Shown here piece after piece: positions 33,381 through 47,239 of a stretch of 64,000 bases of DNA. Position 1 is the stretch's first letter; every line of letters starts with the position of its first letter. The notes beneath the pieces were generated by a model. The model made no database searches. It was given only the letters and a program-made list of their open reading frames with translations, and was not told where the DNA came from. The DNA comes from Squalus acanthias. Lineage: Eukaryota. Both the position numbers and the translations under genes were made by a program. The stretch covers positions 117,802,001 through 117,866,000 of the forward strand of contig CM059432.1 of assembly GCA_030390025.1 (NCBI GenBank). The letters are read 5' to 3'.

Positions 33381-35852
33381 GGGGGGAGAAATTCCCCATG
33401 AGGGCTGTTTGGGGCGCTAAGTGAAAAATGTTTGGAAAGTTAGCGCCAGGCGCTAACCTTTTCAGACATTTGTTAAATTCCCATTTTTTGCTGCAAGGGG
33501 GAAGTGGAGCGCTTAATCAAGCATTCCACTTGCCTCTTGGAGCGCGAGAGATGGGGAATGTCCCGATCTGGCGATGTGCTCAGCAGCGCCACGCGTGGCT
33601 CTGCCGCATTGCAGGGGCTCTTCCCTGCATTATAGGGAAGGGCCCTGTAGGCTTCGCAAAATCCCCCAGAAACTCGAATAGAACCCTAAAGGGGGTGATT
33701 TTTGGATCTTAACACGAATTTGGAATGGTGGGACCGAAATGAAGAAATTTGAGGTCAAAACCTCAGTTTTGGACATTTTGACAGGATCAAGGAAGAAAAA
33801 AAACCCTGAGGAAAATGACTTTGGATGATAAGATACCTTTTAAAAAGGGCCATTGGGTAAACCTGCAGTCACAGAAACACAGGCTGCGGGAAGAGATGTG
33901 GTGAGGCAGCTTTTGGGTATTGGGACCAAATCAAGCTGTCTGGGAGATGTTTGCACTGCAATCCAACCAAGGAGGAAGAGCCTCATCCAAAACATCACAA
34001 ACACATTCAAAAATGAATAAACCAAGACCCCTTTTTGAAATCCCCAGGTCCAGACAGGATGCTGGAAGTCTGAAAACAATTGCTAACAATAAAACTTCCA
34101 GTACACAGTTTCATAGCCCATCATCCCATCAAAACCCGATTAGCCAAGTATCGACAGGAACAGTTTAACAAGCCCGCCAAAACCTAAGACAAAAGAAGCG
34201 AGATTTGGCGCGAAGATAAACAGGCCTCAACTGAAACCTAAATCACTTTATCGCAAAATAGATTGGTAAAACGGTTTTGGCGCGAAGAACACAATAGACC
34301 TGAACAGTATAATTGAGGGCCTAATCCCCCAAGAAAGTTGAGCTACACAGGTTCAATACACACGACACGAGGGCGACACCAGAGCCAAGCAACAAGGAAC
34401 GAGTCACAAGAAGAACCTTCGGAAGGCAGGCAGGCCTAAAGCCACGGGCAAGAAGACACGAGGAACCCGAGAGACACTGTGGTGGTGTCTGTTCAAGCCG
34501 TGCGGTTTGTTACAACACTATCTTAAAAGTTAGTTCAAGGCTGTCCAGAGAGGCAGTTTAAAGTTAGTAACAGTACCGAGGCACGCAAGGACAACATGCC
34601 ACAGTAAGGGGGGGTCATCGACGGACCCGACTGGGAAAAAGGTTCCCAACGCCTCGCAGCATCCAAGGCCCCATGAACCAACCAACACAACACCACCGAC
34701 CAACCAGGTGCGAACCAGGCCGTCGCAACCACCGAGAGACCAACACCAGGAAAAACTGAAGACACGCAAGTTTCCACACTACAAACTATTCCTGACTTAC
34801 CCCTGGGTAAGATTTTCCCTTAAAAAAACTCTAAACCCTACCTCTAACGAAGAAAATTGGGTACTCACCTGATAGAATCCAATACGCACCTTACCGCATC
34901 AGCGGACAGACCCAAACTAACCTGGAGTGCAGCTGAAGTCTTCTACCATGTCCGGGGTACGGCAGGCCCCAACAACCAAAAACTCCAGTGAATCCCGAAA
35001 TCGCAAAATACCTCAACTGTCGAGAACTGTCAAGGAGTGGTGAGCATTATCCCTGGTCCTCTGGAATTGAACCTAGCTAGGCAGTGGGATTGGGAGGGAT
35101 AAGGGGTTTTGTATACTGTCATTCTCCCTCGCCTGTACCGTGAGTTCCCCAACCTGTGTTTAAGTATTATGTGTGTTCTAAGATTGTTTGTGTTGTATTT
35201 ACCTTTTCTTCAATAAAAGTTAAAGTTCTTTCATCAAAACCTGTTGTCTACTGCACCTTTTGTTCACGACCCCTAAATAAGTCCAAGGTCTAGAACCAGT
35301 GTAGTGGGAGCGAGTCAAATGGCTCACTGAAGTCAGAGGTGAAGCTGACCCTACCACACCACCCCCTACAGCCCCATGCTGCGAGCTCTGCAGGTTTCAT
35401 TGTAGATTTCTGGGCCAATGGGGAGCGGGAGTGTCGCGCGATCACTCCAAGCAGAGTGCCAGGCTGCGCGATCGCTGCACGGACGCCGCGACCGGTTGCC
35501 GAAAATAACTTTTTTTTAAAATTGGCTTTTTTTTCAGCCGGCCGGCCGCCCATCGCACCTTTAAGTTGCGCCTCGCAAGCGGCCGGCCTCACTGGTCGCG
35601 ACCCCTGCAGCATTCGCTAATATCGCCCAGCGCTGCTGCGGGACGCAAGTGAGAATTTTTCTCCCGCGGCGCTGCACCCGGAGATGACATCATGATCTCC
35701 AGACGCAGAAGATTGGGGCGATACTCGGTAGCGCTGCCGCTAACCTCCCGCGGAATTTCGCGGGAGGTGCACCTCGGGGGGGTGGGTGAAAAGCTATTTG
35801 CGCCCTGTTAGCGCCTCCCACTGGAGGCGTAAACTAGGGGAATTTCGCCCCC
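33381..35852. mobile_element. Harbinger-type MITE interrupted by a solo LTR
   Basis: TIRs GGGGGAGAAATTCCCC and GGGGAATTTCGCCCCC with ATG on both flanks. Confidence 0.7.
33646..35370 (+). mobile_element. Solo LTR (1725 bp) of a distantly related LTR family
   Basis: TGTAG...CTACA termini, 4-bp TSD GCCC, AATAAA near 35212; blocks GAGTGGTGAGCAT and TAAGTCCA...AGAACC shared with the provirus LTR. Confidence 0.8.
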
Positions 35853-36766
35853 ATGGTCTCTTGGGCATGAATAATGTATTTTGCCCGAAGCTTTGTATAA
35901 CTTTGGTCTACATAGTAGCATATTCCTCAACTGTTACAAGACAAGCACAGGGTGAAATAATAAAATGAAATAACGTTGACCAAATATACGAACTGGGGCA
36001 GTAAAGGCTATGACTGTTGAGTTTACAAACTACTCAGTTTATCACCATGTCATTTTGGATATCTATTGATGAAAACTACTTCGCACTGAAGCAAAATAAG
36101 GATCAAAATTCCTTTCATCACTAATTTTATTGCAAAAGTACGTCATCAGATTCCAATATGCATATTGCAAGTGGCCTTCTGCCTGAAGCAGGCATGCACT
36201 CTGGCCACCCATATCAGGACCCTATCCAAGATGGCAGCGGCGGGAGCGCTGGTGTGAATGGGGCAGTGAATGACACTCAGGCTGCTACTGCCTCGTTTGT
36301 ACCAGGCGAAGACATGTAAAATTGGCCCACTGAGTTCTTATTTAGCACTGCTCTGAGGATTCCTACCCTTCCAAATTTCATAACTACAGAACTGTGGAGA
36401 TTAATCCCAAAGTGACTGTTTTACTCCCAGCCAGTCCTGGAATAAGTGACGATAACAAATGTTCTCACCATAGCATGTAGAGAAGCGAATAGTATCAGAG
36501 ATGTTTCTGTCAGACAGCATGGGTCTAGTGGCCGTTGATGGAGAAGTGAGAGCAGGCTAATAGCGTAAATCACGTGGAAGTGAATGGTTTACAGCAGGTA
36601 CCTCAGGCAGCTGATGTATCTGGACACGCTGGAGGAAGATCAGTAGGAAAGCTGTGATTCAGGTGACTGTGGTGTGCCATCTGGTTACAAAGACCTGTAG
36701 AGACAATCAGCTGTCTGCACAGCTCTACCAGTGGCAGTGAAGATCATCACTGCCCTTAATGTCTAA

Positions 36767-36901
36767 TGTGAGAAGTCGCACAACACCAGGTTATAGTCCA
36801 ACAGTTTTATTTGAAATCACAAGCTTTCAGAGCGCTGCTCCTTCGTCAGGTGAAGTCACATTTGTCCATCCCAGTCCAACACTGGCATCTCCACATCATG
36901 G
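36767..36901 (-). mobile_element. Short Penelope-like insertion with minimal hammerhead motif
   Basis: 12-bp TSD CTTAATGTCTAA (36755-36766 and 36902-36913); minus-strand hammerhead core at 36817-36853. Confidence 0.75.
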
Positions 36902-37108
36902 CTTAATGTCTAAGCCATGGAGACCTTCTAGGCACCTACAGGGATCAGAAGCTTTGTTATGCAGCACTTCATTAAGGAGGTAAGTGAAGTCCTGGGTTGA
37001 TATTAACTGTTATCACCGGTTTTACACCCCGTCTGACTTTACTTTCCATAGAAGTCGTTGGAGGGGATAATTGGGTGGTGTGTAAAATGGACAGCCAACC
37101 CGCTGCTG

Positions 37109-39080
37109 CCAGTAAACGTGAGGATTGGGAGCAGTTTAGGATTCAACAAAGGAGGACAAAGGGATTAATTAAGAAGGGGAAAATAGAATATGAGAGGAAG
37201 CTTTCAGGGAACATAAAAACTGACTGTAAAAGCTTTTATAGATATGTGAAGAGAAAAAGATTGGTGAAGTCAAGCGTAGGTCCCTTGCAGTCAGAATCAG
37301 GGGAACTTATAATGGGGAACAAAGAAATGGCAGACCAATTAAATACATATTTTGGTTCTGTCTTCACAAAGGAGGACATAAATAACCTCCCAGAGATGTT
37401 GGGGAACATAGGGTCTGATGAAAGGGAAACTGAAAGAAATCAGTATTTGTAGGGAAATGGTGTTAGGGAAATTGGCGGGATTGAAGGCCGATAAATCCCC
37501 AGGGCCTGATAATCTACATCCTAGGGTACTTAAGGAAGTGGCCCTAGAAATAGTAGATGCATTGCTGATCATCTTCCAACATTCGATGGAATCTGGAACA
37601 ATACCCATGGATTGGAGGGTAGCTATGTTACCCCACTATTCAAAAAAGGTGGTAGAGAGAAAACGGGGAATTACAAACCGGTAAGCCTGACATTGGTAGT
37701 GGGGAAAATGCTAGAGTCCATTATAAAAGATGTAATAGCAGAACACTTGGAAAACAGTGACAGGATCGGACAAAAGTCAACATGGATTTACAAAAGGTAA
37801 ATCGTGCTTGTCTAATTTACTGGAATTTTTTGAGGATGTAACTGGTAAAATAGATAAGGGAGAACCAGTGGATGTTGTGTATTTGGACTTTCAAAAGGCT
37901 TTCGATAAGGTCCCGCATAAGAGATTAGCGTGTAAAGTTAAGGCACATGGGATTGGGGGGAAGGTATTGACTTGGATAGAGAACTGGTTGGCAGACAGAA
38001 AGCAAAGAGTAGGAATAAACGGGTCTTTTTCCGAGTGGCAGGCAGTGACTAGTGGGGTACCGCAGGGATCGGTCCTTGGACCCCAGCTATTCACAGTATA
38101 TATTAATGATCTAGACAAGGGAACTGGATGTAATATCTCCAAGTTTGCAGACGACACAAAGCTGGGTGGGCGTGTGTGCTGTGAGGAGGATGCCGAGAAA
38201 CTCCAGGATGATTTGGACAGATTGGGTGATTGGGCAGAAGCATGGCAGATGCAATATAACGTGGATAAATGCGAGGTTATCCACTTTGGTGTCAAAAACA
38301 GGAAGGCAGATTATTATCTGAATGGCAATAGATTGGGAGAAGGGGAAGTGCAACGAGACCTGGGTGTCCTTGTGCACCAGTCACTGAAGGTAAGCATGCA
38401 GGTGCAGCAGGCAGTTAAGAAGGCAAATGGTATGTTGGCCTTCATAGCGAGAGGGTTTGAGTACAGGAACAAGGATGTCTTGCTGCAGTTGTACAGGGCC
38501 TTGGTGAGACCACATCTTGAGTATTGTGTGCAGTTTTGGTCACCTTATCTGAGGAAGGATGTTCTTGCCATGGAAGGAGTTCAGCGAAGATTCACCAGGC
38601 TGATACCTGGGATGGCATGAATGACGTATGAGGAGAGATTGGGTCGGTTGGGCTTATACTCGCTGGAGTTTAGAAGAATGAGAGGGGGTCTCATTGAAAC
38701 TTATAAAATTCTGACAGCACTGGACAGACTAGATGCAGGAAGGATGTCCCCGGTGGTCGGGGAGTCCAGAACCAGGGGTCACAGTCTAAGGATAAGGGGT
38801 AAGCCATTTAGGACAGAAATGAGGAGGAATTTCTTCACCCAGAGAGTGGTGAACCTGTGGAATTCTCTACCACAGAAGGCAGTGGAGGTCAATTCATTAA
38901 ATATATTCAAGAAGGAGTTGGATATATTTCTTAAGGCTAAAGGGATCAAGGGATATGGGGAGAAAGCAGGGACAGGGTTCTGAATTTGGATGATCAGCCA
39001 TGATCGCATTGAATGGCGGAGCAGGCTCGAGGGGCCGAATGGCCTACTCCTGCTCCTATCTTCTATGTTTCTATGTTTCT
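37109..39080 (+). mobile_element. 5'-truncated CR1 LINE, same subfamily as 1-3477
   Basis: High visible identity to about 1505-3477; frameshifted RT; (TTCTATGT)n tail. Confidence 0.95.
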
Positions 39081-40964
39081 CGCCCAGCAACGACCCCCCT
39101 TTATCACCACACAACCCGTTATGTACACTTCAGCAGCAACCATCAAAAGGAGCTACACAACCAGCAACAGTTTTTCCAAACCGCTACATTCCCTAAGATA
39201 CAGGGCAGCATTGAGCGATGCATGAGGCCAATCGCGTGCCCACCAACAATCCTTTGGCATACCTAAGTAGGTAGGATTAGTATTCCAAAACCATTCAAAT
39301 GGTACGCCACCTTCACAAGAGAATAACTTACCTCAATGAACATTCCTTATTGTTACATGTGATGCTTTCATTCTGAAACAATCAAATGTGATACAGCTCT
39401 TTGAAGGAAAAAGATTGGGCAGCTGGCTCCTCAGAGATATAGGCTATGCAATGGAACTGTAACTGAGGACAGCGGTGCTCAATTCCGAGAGAACAGATAC
39501 ATTGAGATAGTTGAAAGTTGGTCCTTATTGGAGGCATTTGGGTTGCTAATGCAATGCTTTAGTTGTGTGAACTCATCAGGAGGCCTTACAATATGCCCAG
39601 AGAAGGCCTGCAAAAATATAGTGCTATCTTGCACACTGCAGAATATCACTGAGGATAGAGGCCTTGCCCCAGATGTGGATAAAGGCCATCTTTAACAATT
39701 CAACTTTCCGTACTGTCCAGATATGCTCTGTTCTGCTACTTTGTAGTAACATTCATGCCATGCCTCTGTAAACTTCTTTACGTCTCTGGCCAGATCCACT
39801 CAGTAGTTGACAACTCAGCGTTCCCAGAAGTTGCATCTTAAAAAATACGGAAATGCTGCTTGTCATCAGCTGTCCATTAATTATAATTGAATTAATTATA
39901 CTAGAAGATCACAGGCTGTGCACCCACAATTTTCTGTGAGATGCTCCTTTCAAATGACGCTCCCGCCCACAGTGGAATTATCCCTCAAGTTCTCTGTTTC
40001 AGTGAAATACTGTTGTGTTCATTGCCTGTTCATAATATTTAGGGGGCCGTCATTTTCCATCAAGCATGTGCTTGTCATGCTTCATTATAGAAATGTTCGG
40101 CACCGACAGGGACTCGCCAGCGAACTGGGATTTTTCTCAATTATTGTTGAGCTATTACTGGTAAAAAATATACATTTCACAGTTGAATTCGTGAACTTTT
40201 CAACGTTATACCAGTTTGTTGGCTGTTTAGGAAGTGTTAAAGGCTCATTATTGCACGTATGTTATGACTGGTTGCTGGCATTTCATTACTGCTAACACAC
40301 TCACATTCTCAGGAAGCACACATTTCGAAGATGTGTGTGATCTGATTTCATTAGTGTTAATCGTTAGCCTCCTTCCCTCTGTGATTCTGGCAACATGCTT
40401 CGAGTAAGCATGAGACAGCTGAGTGTGGGGAATTATTTACACAGTACAGGTGATCAGTCCATACAATACAAAGGGTAACAATTCCAGTTTCTCTGTCTCC
40501 AACTACATGACTTAGCCTTGCAACTTTACCCTCTTTATACACTGGTTGTTTACCACAAAGATGCGTAGATAGACAGACCTTCAGACTGCTAACTGCTTTA
40601 TGAGATTAGACTGATTGTTTATTTCAAAGCATCTGTACTATGGATTATTGTGCTACGTTATTCTACATTAATCACTCATGGTCGATATTCGTTCTAGCCA
40701 GCCCTCCCTAGCGTTCCAGCTGATAAGCAGACATCTGGCGTGGAATAGAATCCCTTTATTCATCCTTTTTTTTGCATTTCTTCTCGTGTTTCCCAGGCAA
40801 CCAGCTGGTACACCCACCAGTTGTGGTTACTATAGTTTGGTTTGATTATTAACCCTCAACTCTCCAACATGCCCAACAATTAGTAGCTTACAAAACTGCA
40901 ATGAAAATGATGCATTTCTCATAGTTTTTGAAAAAGAGGAGAATTCAGCCTGTCATTCCAAAAG

Positions 40965-41277
40965 AAAGTGAAAGAACCTGCATTTACGTAGTGCTTTTCC
41001 CATCCTCAGAATGTCTCAAAATGTTTCACAGACCATGAAGTTCTTTTGACGTGTAGTCACTGTTGTAATGTAGGTAACTGTGACATTTAATTTGCACACA
41101 GCAAGGTCCTATGAACAGCAATGAGATTAATGGTCAGATAATCTGCTTTTAGTGGTATTGTTTGAGGGATAACTATTAGCCAGGACAACTCTGTTGCTCT
41201 TTTCCAAATAGTGCCCCAGGATCTTTTATATGAACCTAAGACAGGACCTCAGTTTAACATTGCAACAGAAAGACAGT
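40965..41277 (-). mobile_element. Older partial copy of the tRNA-derived SINE
   Basis: Diverged match to the core and 3' part of 4173-4630. Confidence 0.65.
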
Positions 41278-42216
41278 GGGGGTGAAATTGGATAGTGCTG
41301 GGCTGCTGGTGCGATCTGGGTTTTGGATAGATTCGTTCCCAGGATGTGGGCGTCACTGACAAGGCCAGCATTTATTGCCCATCCCTAATTGCCCTCGAGA
41401 AGGTGGTGGTGAGCCGCCTTCTTGAACCGCTGCAGTCCGTGTGGTGAAGGTACTCCCACAGTGCTGTTAGGGAGGGAGTTCCAGGATTTTGACCCAGCGA
41501 CGATGAAGGAACAGCGATATACTTCCAAGTCAGGATGGTGTGTGACTTGGAGGGGAACTTGGAGGTGGTGGTGTTCCCATGCGCCTGCTGCCTTGTCCTT
41601 CTAGATAGTAGAGGTCATGGGTTTGGGAGGTGCGGGGAATGATCCCTGTGCTGGAATGGGTAGGCCAAAGACCCATTCTTAATTGGTTCTCGAGCCTCAT
41701 TTAAATTAGACTGGTGAGCTGCGTGTGCATGCTCAGGCCCAGTGAGACTGAGCCAAGACTGGCACCTAAATAAGGCCCTGGAAGTTGAACATTTACTCCT
41801 GTACTGTGAAATATAGTACATACCTACATCTTGGTATGGGACAAACATGTGAGTACTTTAAGAAAGTGTAGAATCGATCCTAGCAATACCTCAAGCTTTA
41901 AGTGGACTGAGTAAGGTGACACGCTGCCACACAAATGAGTGAATGCCAGATACAATCCCCAGTCCTTGCTGAGTTAGCTAATCTCATCTGCAGTGGCAGT
42001 AGGAATGCCACATTGTTCCTTGGGTACACAGTAAGTAGAGGTGTCAGCTTGGCTCAATAGTGGTATGTTTGCCACTTAGACAGCCTGTCTTGGATCAACC
42101 CTTACTCCAGGACATTATTGTACAATCTAGGCTGCCATTTCAGCGCTCTACTGAAGGAGTACTACATCGCTGGACGTGCTATCATTTGGATGAGACATTA
42201 AATCGAGGCACTATGT

Positions 42217-44695
42217 AGGCAAATCTCAGAGAAGTGTAGAAATAATAGGGTAATAATAGTAGGGGATTTCAACTTCCGCAATATTAACTGGTATAGTCAG
42301 AGTGTGAAAGACTTCGAGGGTGCGGAATTCTTAAAGTGCATCCAGGAGAGCTTTTTGAGCCAGCATGTAGAAAGTCCTACAAGGGAGGGGGTGGTACTGG
42401 ATCTAATTCTAGGGAATGTAGCCGGGCAAGTGGTAGAACTGTCAGTAGGAGAGCATTTTGGTGACAGTGACCATAATTCGGTGAGATTTAAGGTAGTCAT
42501 GGAAAAGGACAAAAATAGACCGGAAATAAAGGTTCTAAATTGGGGGAAGGCCGATTTTAATATGATAAGGCAAGATCTGGCCAAAGTGGACTGGGATCAG
42601 CTACTTGTAGGAAACTCCACATCAGAGCAGTGGGAGTCATTCAGAAAGGAAATAGAGAGAGTACAGCGCCAACATGTTCCCGTAAAGGTCAAGGGTAGGA
42701 CCAACAAGTCCAGGGAACCCTGGATGTCAAGGGATATACAAGAATGGATTAGGAAAAAAAGGGAGGCTTTTGGCAGATACAAAGGACTAAAAACAGTGGA
42801 AGCCCTAGAGGAGTATAGAAAGTGCAGGGGAGTACTTAGAAAAGAAATGAGGAGAGCGAAGAGGGGGCATGAAAAAACACTGGAGGGCAAAATAAAGGAA
42901 AATCCCAAGATGTTTTATAAGTATATTAAGGGCAAGAGGATAACCAGGGAAAGAGTAGGGCCCATTAGGGACCAAAGTGGTAATCTGTGTGTAGAGCCAG
43001 AAGATGTAGGTGAGGTTTTAAATGAATATTTTGCATCGGTGTTCACTATGGAGAAGGACGATGTAGGCATAGAAATCAGGCAGGGGGATTGTGATATACT
43101 TGAACAAATTAGGATTGAGAGGGAGGAGGTACTAGTGGTTTTAGTGGGCTTAAAAGTGGATAAATCCCCAGGCCCAGACGAGATGTATCCCAGTCTGCTG
43201 TGTGAGGCAAGGGAGGAGATTGCAGGGGCGCTGACACAAATTTTCAGAACCTCTCTGGCCACAGGGGAGGTGCCAGAGGACTGGAGGACAGCTAACATAG
43301 TACCATTATTCAAGAAGGGTAGTAGGGATAAACCAGGGAACTACAGGCCAGTGAGCCTAACATCAGTGGTAGGGAAATTATTGGAAAAAATTCTGAAGGA
43401 AAAAATTACACTCCACTTGGAGAGGCGAGGATTAATCAAGGATAGTCAGAATGGCTTTGTCAGGGGGAGATCATGTTTAACCAATTTGATTGAATTTTTC
43501 GAGGGGGTGACTAGGTGTGTGGATGAGGGTAATGCAATTGATGTAGTCTACATGGACTTCAGTAAGTCTTTTGACAAAGTCCCGCATGGGAGACTGGTCA
43601 AGAAGGTAAGAGCCCATGGGATCCAGGGCAAGTTGGCACATTGGATCCAAAATTGGCTTAGTGGCAGGAGGCAGAGGGTGATGGTTGAAGGTTGTTTTTG
43701 TGACTGGAAGCCTGTGTCCAGTGGTGTACCGCAGGGATCAGTGCTGGGTCCCTTGCTGTTTGTAGTGTACATTAATGATTTAGATATGAATGTAGGAGGT
43801 ATGATCAGTAAGTTCGCAGATGACACGAAAATTGGTGGAGTGGTAAATAGCGAGGAGGGAAGCCTCAGGCTACAGGACAATATAGATGGGTTGGTCAGAT
43901 GGGCAGAACAGTGGCAAATGGAATTTAACCCTGAAAAGTGTGAGGTGATGCATTTTGGGAGGACTAACAAGGCAAGGGAATACACAATGAATGGTAGGAC
44001 CCTAGGAAGGACAGAGGATCAGAGGGACCTTGGTGTGCATGCACATAGATCCCTGAAGGCAGCAGGACAGGTAGTTAAAAAGGCATAGAATATAAGAGCA
44101 GGGAGGTTATGATGGAGCTGTACAAAATGCTAGTTAGGCCACAGCTGGAATACTGTGTGCAGTTCTGGTCGCCATACTATAGGAAGGACGTGATTGCATT
44201 GGAGAGGGTGCAGAGGAGATTCACTAGGATGTTACCGGGGCTGGAGCGCTTCAGGTATGAGGAGAGATTGGACAGGCTGGGTTTGTTTTCCTTGGAGCAG
44301 AGAAGGATGAGGGGGGACCTGATTGAGGTGTACAAAATTATGAGGGGCATAGGTAGGGTAGATAGAAAGGAACTTTTCCCCTTAGTAGAGGGGTCAATAA
44401 CCAGGGGGCATAGTTTCAAGGTAAGGTGCAGGAGGTTTAGAGGGGATTTGAGGAAAAACTTTTTCACACAGAGGGTAGTTGGAATCTGGAACTCACTGCC
44501 TGAAAGGGTGGTAGAGGCAGGAACCCTCACAACATTCAAGAAGCATTTAGATGAGCACTTGAAACGCCATAGCATATAAGGCTACGGACCAAGTGCTGGA
44601 AAATGGGATTGAATAGACAGGGCTTGATGGCAGGCATGGACACGATGGGCCGAAGGGCCTCTTTCTGTGCTGTATAACTCTATGACTCTATGACT
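42217..44695 (+). mobile_element. 5'-truncated CR1 LINE of a second subfamily
   Basis: GDFN and SDH endonuclease motifs, 594-aa RT ORF with FADD, a short internal deletion near 44088, and a (CTATGACT)n tail. Confidence 0.93.
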
Positions 44696-46376
44696 GTCCA
44701 GTTGTTCCGGTGAACGTAAAATAGCCCATGGTTGTAGAAGAAGAGTGGATCTTTCCCAGTATTCTGGGCAGCATTCATTCTTCAACTAACACCACCGAAA
44801 CAGATTATCTGGTCATTTACCTCGGCTTGTGTTTGTGGGACCTGCTCTGTGTAAATTGGCTGCCATGTTTGCCTACAGAACAACAGTGATGCCATTTCAA
44901 AAGCAATGAATTGACTGTGTAATGCTTTGGGACATCTTTCGGGTAGGAAAGGCGTTCTATAAAAGCATGTTTTTCTTCCTCTTTCCCAATTGCTATAGAA
45001 ACACCAGGAGATGACAAGACGATGCTTTACAGTGCTGGCCCCATTGTCAGATCACCTACTCAGGTGCACTTTATTGAATTATCAGTGGGTTCTGGTCACC
45101 TATCAAACAATACCTCAGTATGAGTAACTATGTTCAGGAGGAGGGCTAAATGAAGACCATTGGGGAAAAAAAGAAGAAAGGTACGATTAAGAAAGGCTAT
45201 GTATTAATCAATCTTTCATGACTTATATAAAATGCTGGGGCCAATGATAACCATTTTTCTCTCACCCCCCAAACGCAATCAAAAGATGAATGCAATTTCT
45301 TACTCTAAATACTTTTTTTGTAAACCATTTATATTGCAGTTAACCTGCATCTTCGCCCCTTTTTACTCTTTTGTCACAGTATCTCTCTGCTGGGAAAACT
45401 GTTATTGCACTAGATTTTGAAGGTTTAAATATCACATAACCAGTAGGTGAGAAGAAAATTAATGTTGGCTTCAAGTGGTGTCACCTTGAAGAATTGTTAT
45501 GTTGAAAAATGACCTTTAAATCCATTGAAGCCTTTAAGAAACAAAGGTTTGCAGCTAAGGCCCCATGATACATATCTCCATTACTTATTAATGTTGTACT
45601 ATAGATAGGGCTCTGGAAATAGATTTGTCAAACTGTCAGCTCAGAAATTATAATAACTCTGCTCTAGCTAATAGGTTCCAGGCCTGTTAAAAAGTTGGCG
45701 TTGCAAACATGGATACGATTGACAGTTGGGCAAAAGGCATAGCTTGTGTCTGGAGCAAGTTGGACTGTATACCACTTGTGACATACAGATATAGATTCTA
45801 TTGAAAGCAAATGGAAATGCATTCAGAAACCTTTTGCTCCAATTTGACTCATGCTGGGGTATGATTCCAAAGGCAAAGAGCAGTGCTCCACAGTACGTTC
45901 CCAAAGTGGCCATTCTTTATGAGTCCAGACAGTGGGATCAGGCAGACCATTAAATCATGGTTGATGGAGTGGGGGTGGGAGGAAGATAGGGGGCACACCA
46001 AAGCCAACCTGATCTTGTGTTCAAACAGCATCCAATAATGCACTTTTTACCAGAGGTCACTGGATAGCCATCAGTTGCAGGAATGTGTCTAACTTTTCCC
46101 TTTCCCTGGGGATACTGAAACCAATTGGAAAGCCCCCATCAGGGGAACATATATACACTTTCTTTTCTTCCCCATTCCATTTCTACTTCTTTACAATTAC
46201 TAAGTTTACATATTCTGTATTGAGCATTCTTCCCCCTGTGATGCTATAGCCTGGAGTCGGTATCTTGGTCACTGCTGTAATATTAATTTTCTTACAGTTC
46301 CCGGATCTGACAACGGTGGAAAAAACTACAGACCATTAGAGGTGAACTAAGAAGTGTGGATGAAGTCATCAGCATC

Positions 46377-46665
46377 TCGGTGGCATAGTGGTTAGCACTG
46401 TTGCCTCACAGCGCCAGGGACCCGGGTTCGAATCCGGCCTCGGGTGACTGTCTGTGTAGAGTTTGCACATTCTCCCCGTGTCTGCGTGGGTTTGCTTCGG
46501 TTTCCTCCCACAGTCCAAAGATGTGCGGGTTAGGTTGATTTGGCTATGATAAATTGACCCTTAGTGTTAGGGGGATTAAATACGTGGGGTGGGTGGGATA
46601 TGTGTCGGTGCAGGCTCGATGGGCCGAAATGGCCTCTATCTGCACTGTGGGGATTCTGTGATTCT
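46377..46665 (+). mobile_element. HE1-type V-SINE (elasmobranch)
   Basis: tRNA head (TGGCATAGTGG, GGTTCGAATCC), V-domain GAGTTTGCACATTCTCCCCGTGTCTGCGTGGGTTT and CR1-type tail GGGCCGAAATGGCCT. Confidence 0.85.
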
Positions 46666-46719
46666 TTCTGGTTATTACTAGAGTAAATAGATCTCTTTAT
46701 ACAATTATGGACCTTTAGA

Positions 46720-46955
46720 TACGAACATACAAATTAGGAGCAGGAGTAGGCCACTCGGACCCTCGAGCCTGCTCCGCCATTCAATAAGATCATGGCTGAT
46801 CTGATTTCTCCACATTCCCGCCTACCCCCGATAACCTTTCACCCCCTTGCTTACCAAGAATCTATCTACCTCTGCCTTAAAAATATTCAAAGACTCTGCT
46901 TCCACCACCCTCTGAGGAAGAGAGTTCCAAAGACTCTGTGAGAAAAAAATTCTCA
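46720..46955 (-). mobile_element. CR1 3' end fragment
   Basis: Reverse complement of the CR1 3' UTR and final codons. Confidence 0.8.
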
Positions 46956-47239
46956 TCAAGAGCGTGCAGTTGAAATCCAAATTTCTAACTGCCTCCTTGA
47001 TTTCTACTGCTATTTGCTACCACTTCAATAAAGCTTTTCAAGATGCCATCAACGTGGAGTTACGTGAATTAAAACCGTGGGCGGACTTACCATAAAAATT
47101 ATTTACTCAACCTATATAATAAAGCAAGAGTGTGGCAGATACATACATGGCAGAAAATGGCCAAATGCGGCAGCATAAAAGACAAAAAAATAAAATAATA
47201 AAAATATTGAAATATTTATGATATAATTTATGATAAAAA

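Larger units (their letters stand above)
36560..39690 (+). pseudogene. Highly decayed Harbinger transposase remnant split by later insertions (pieces about 36560-36990 and 39380-39690)
   Basis: LPVAVKIITALN and a frameshifted GLLMQCFSCVNSSGGL / PEKACKNIVLSCTLQNI stretch resembling the HARBI1-family C-terminus. Confidence 0.45.
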
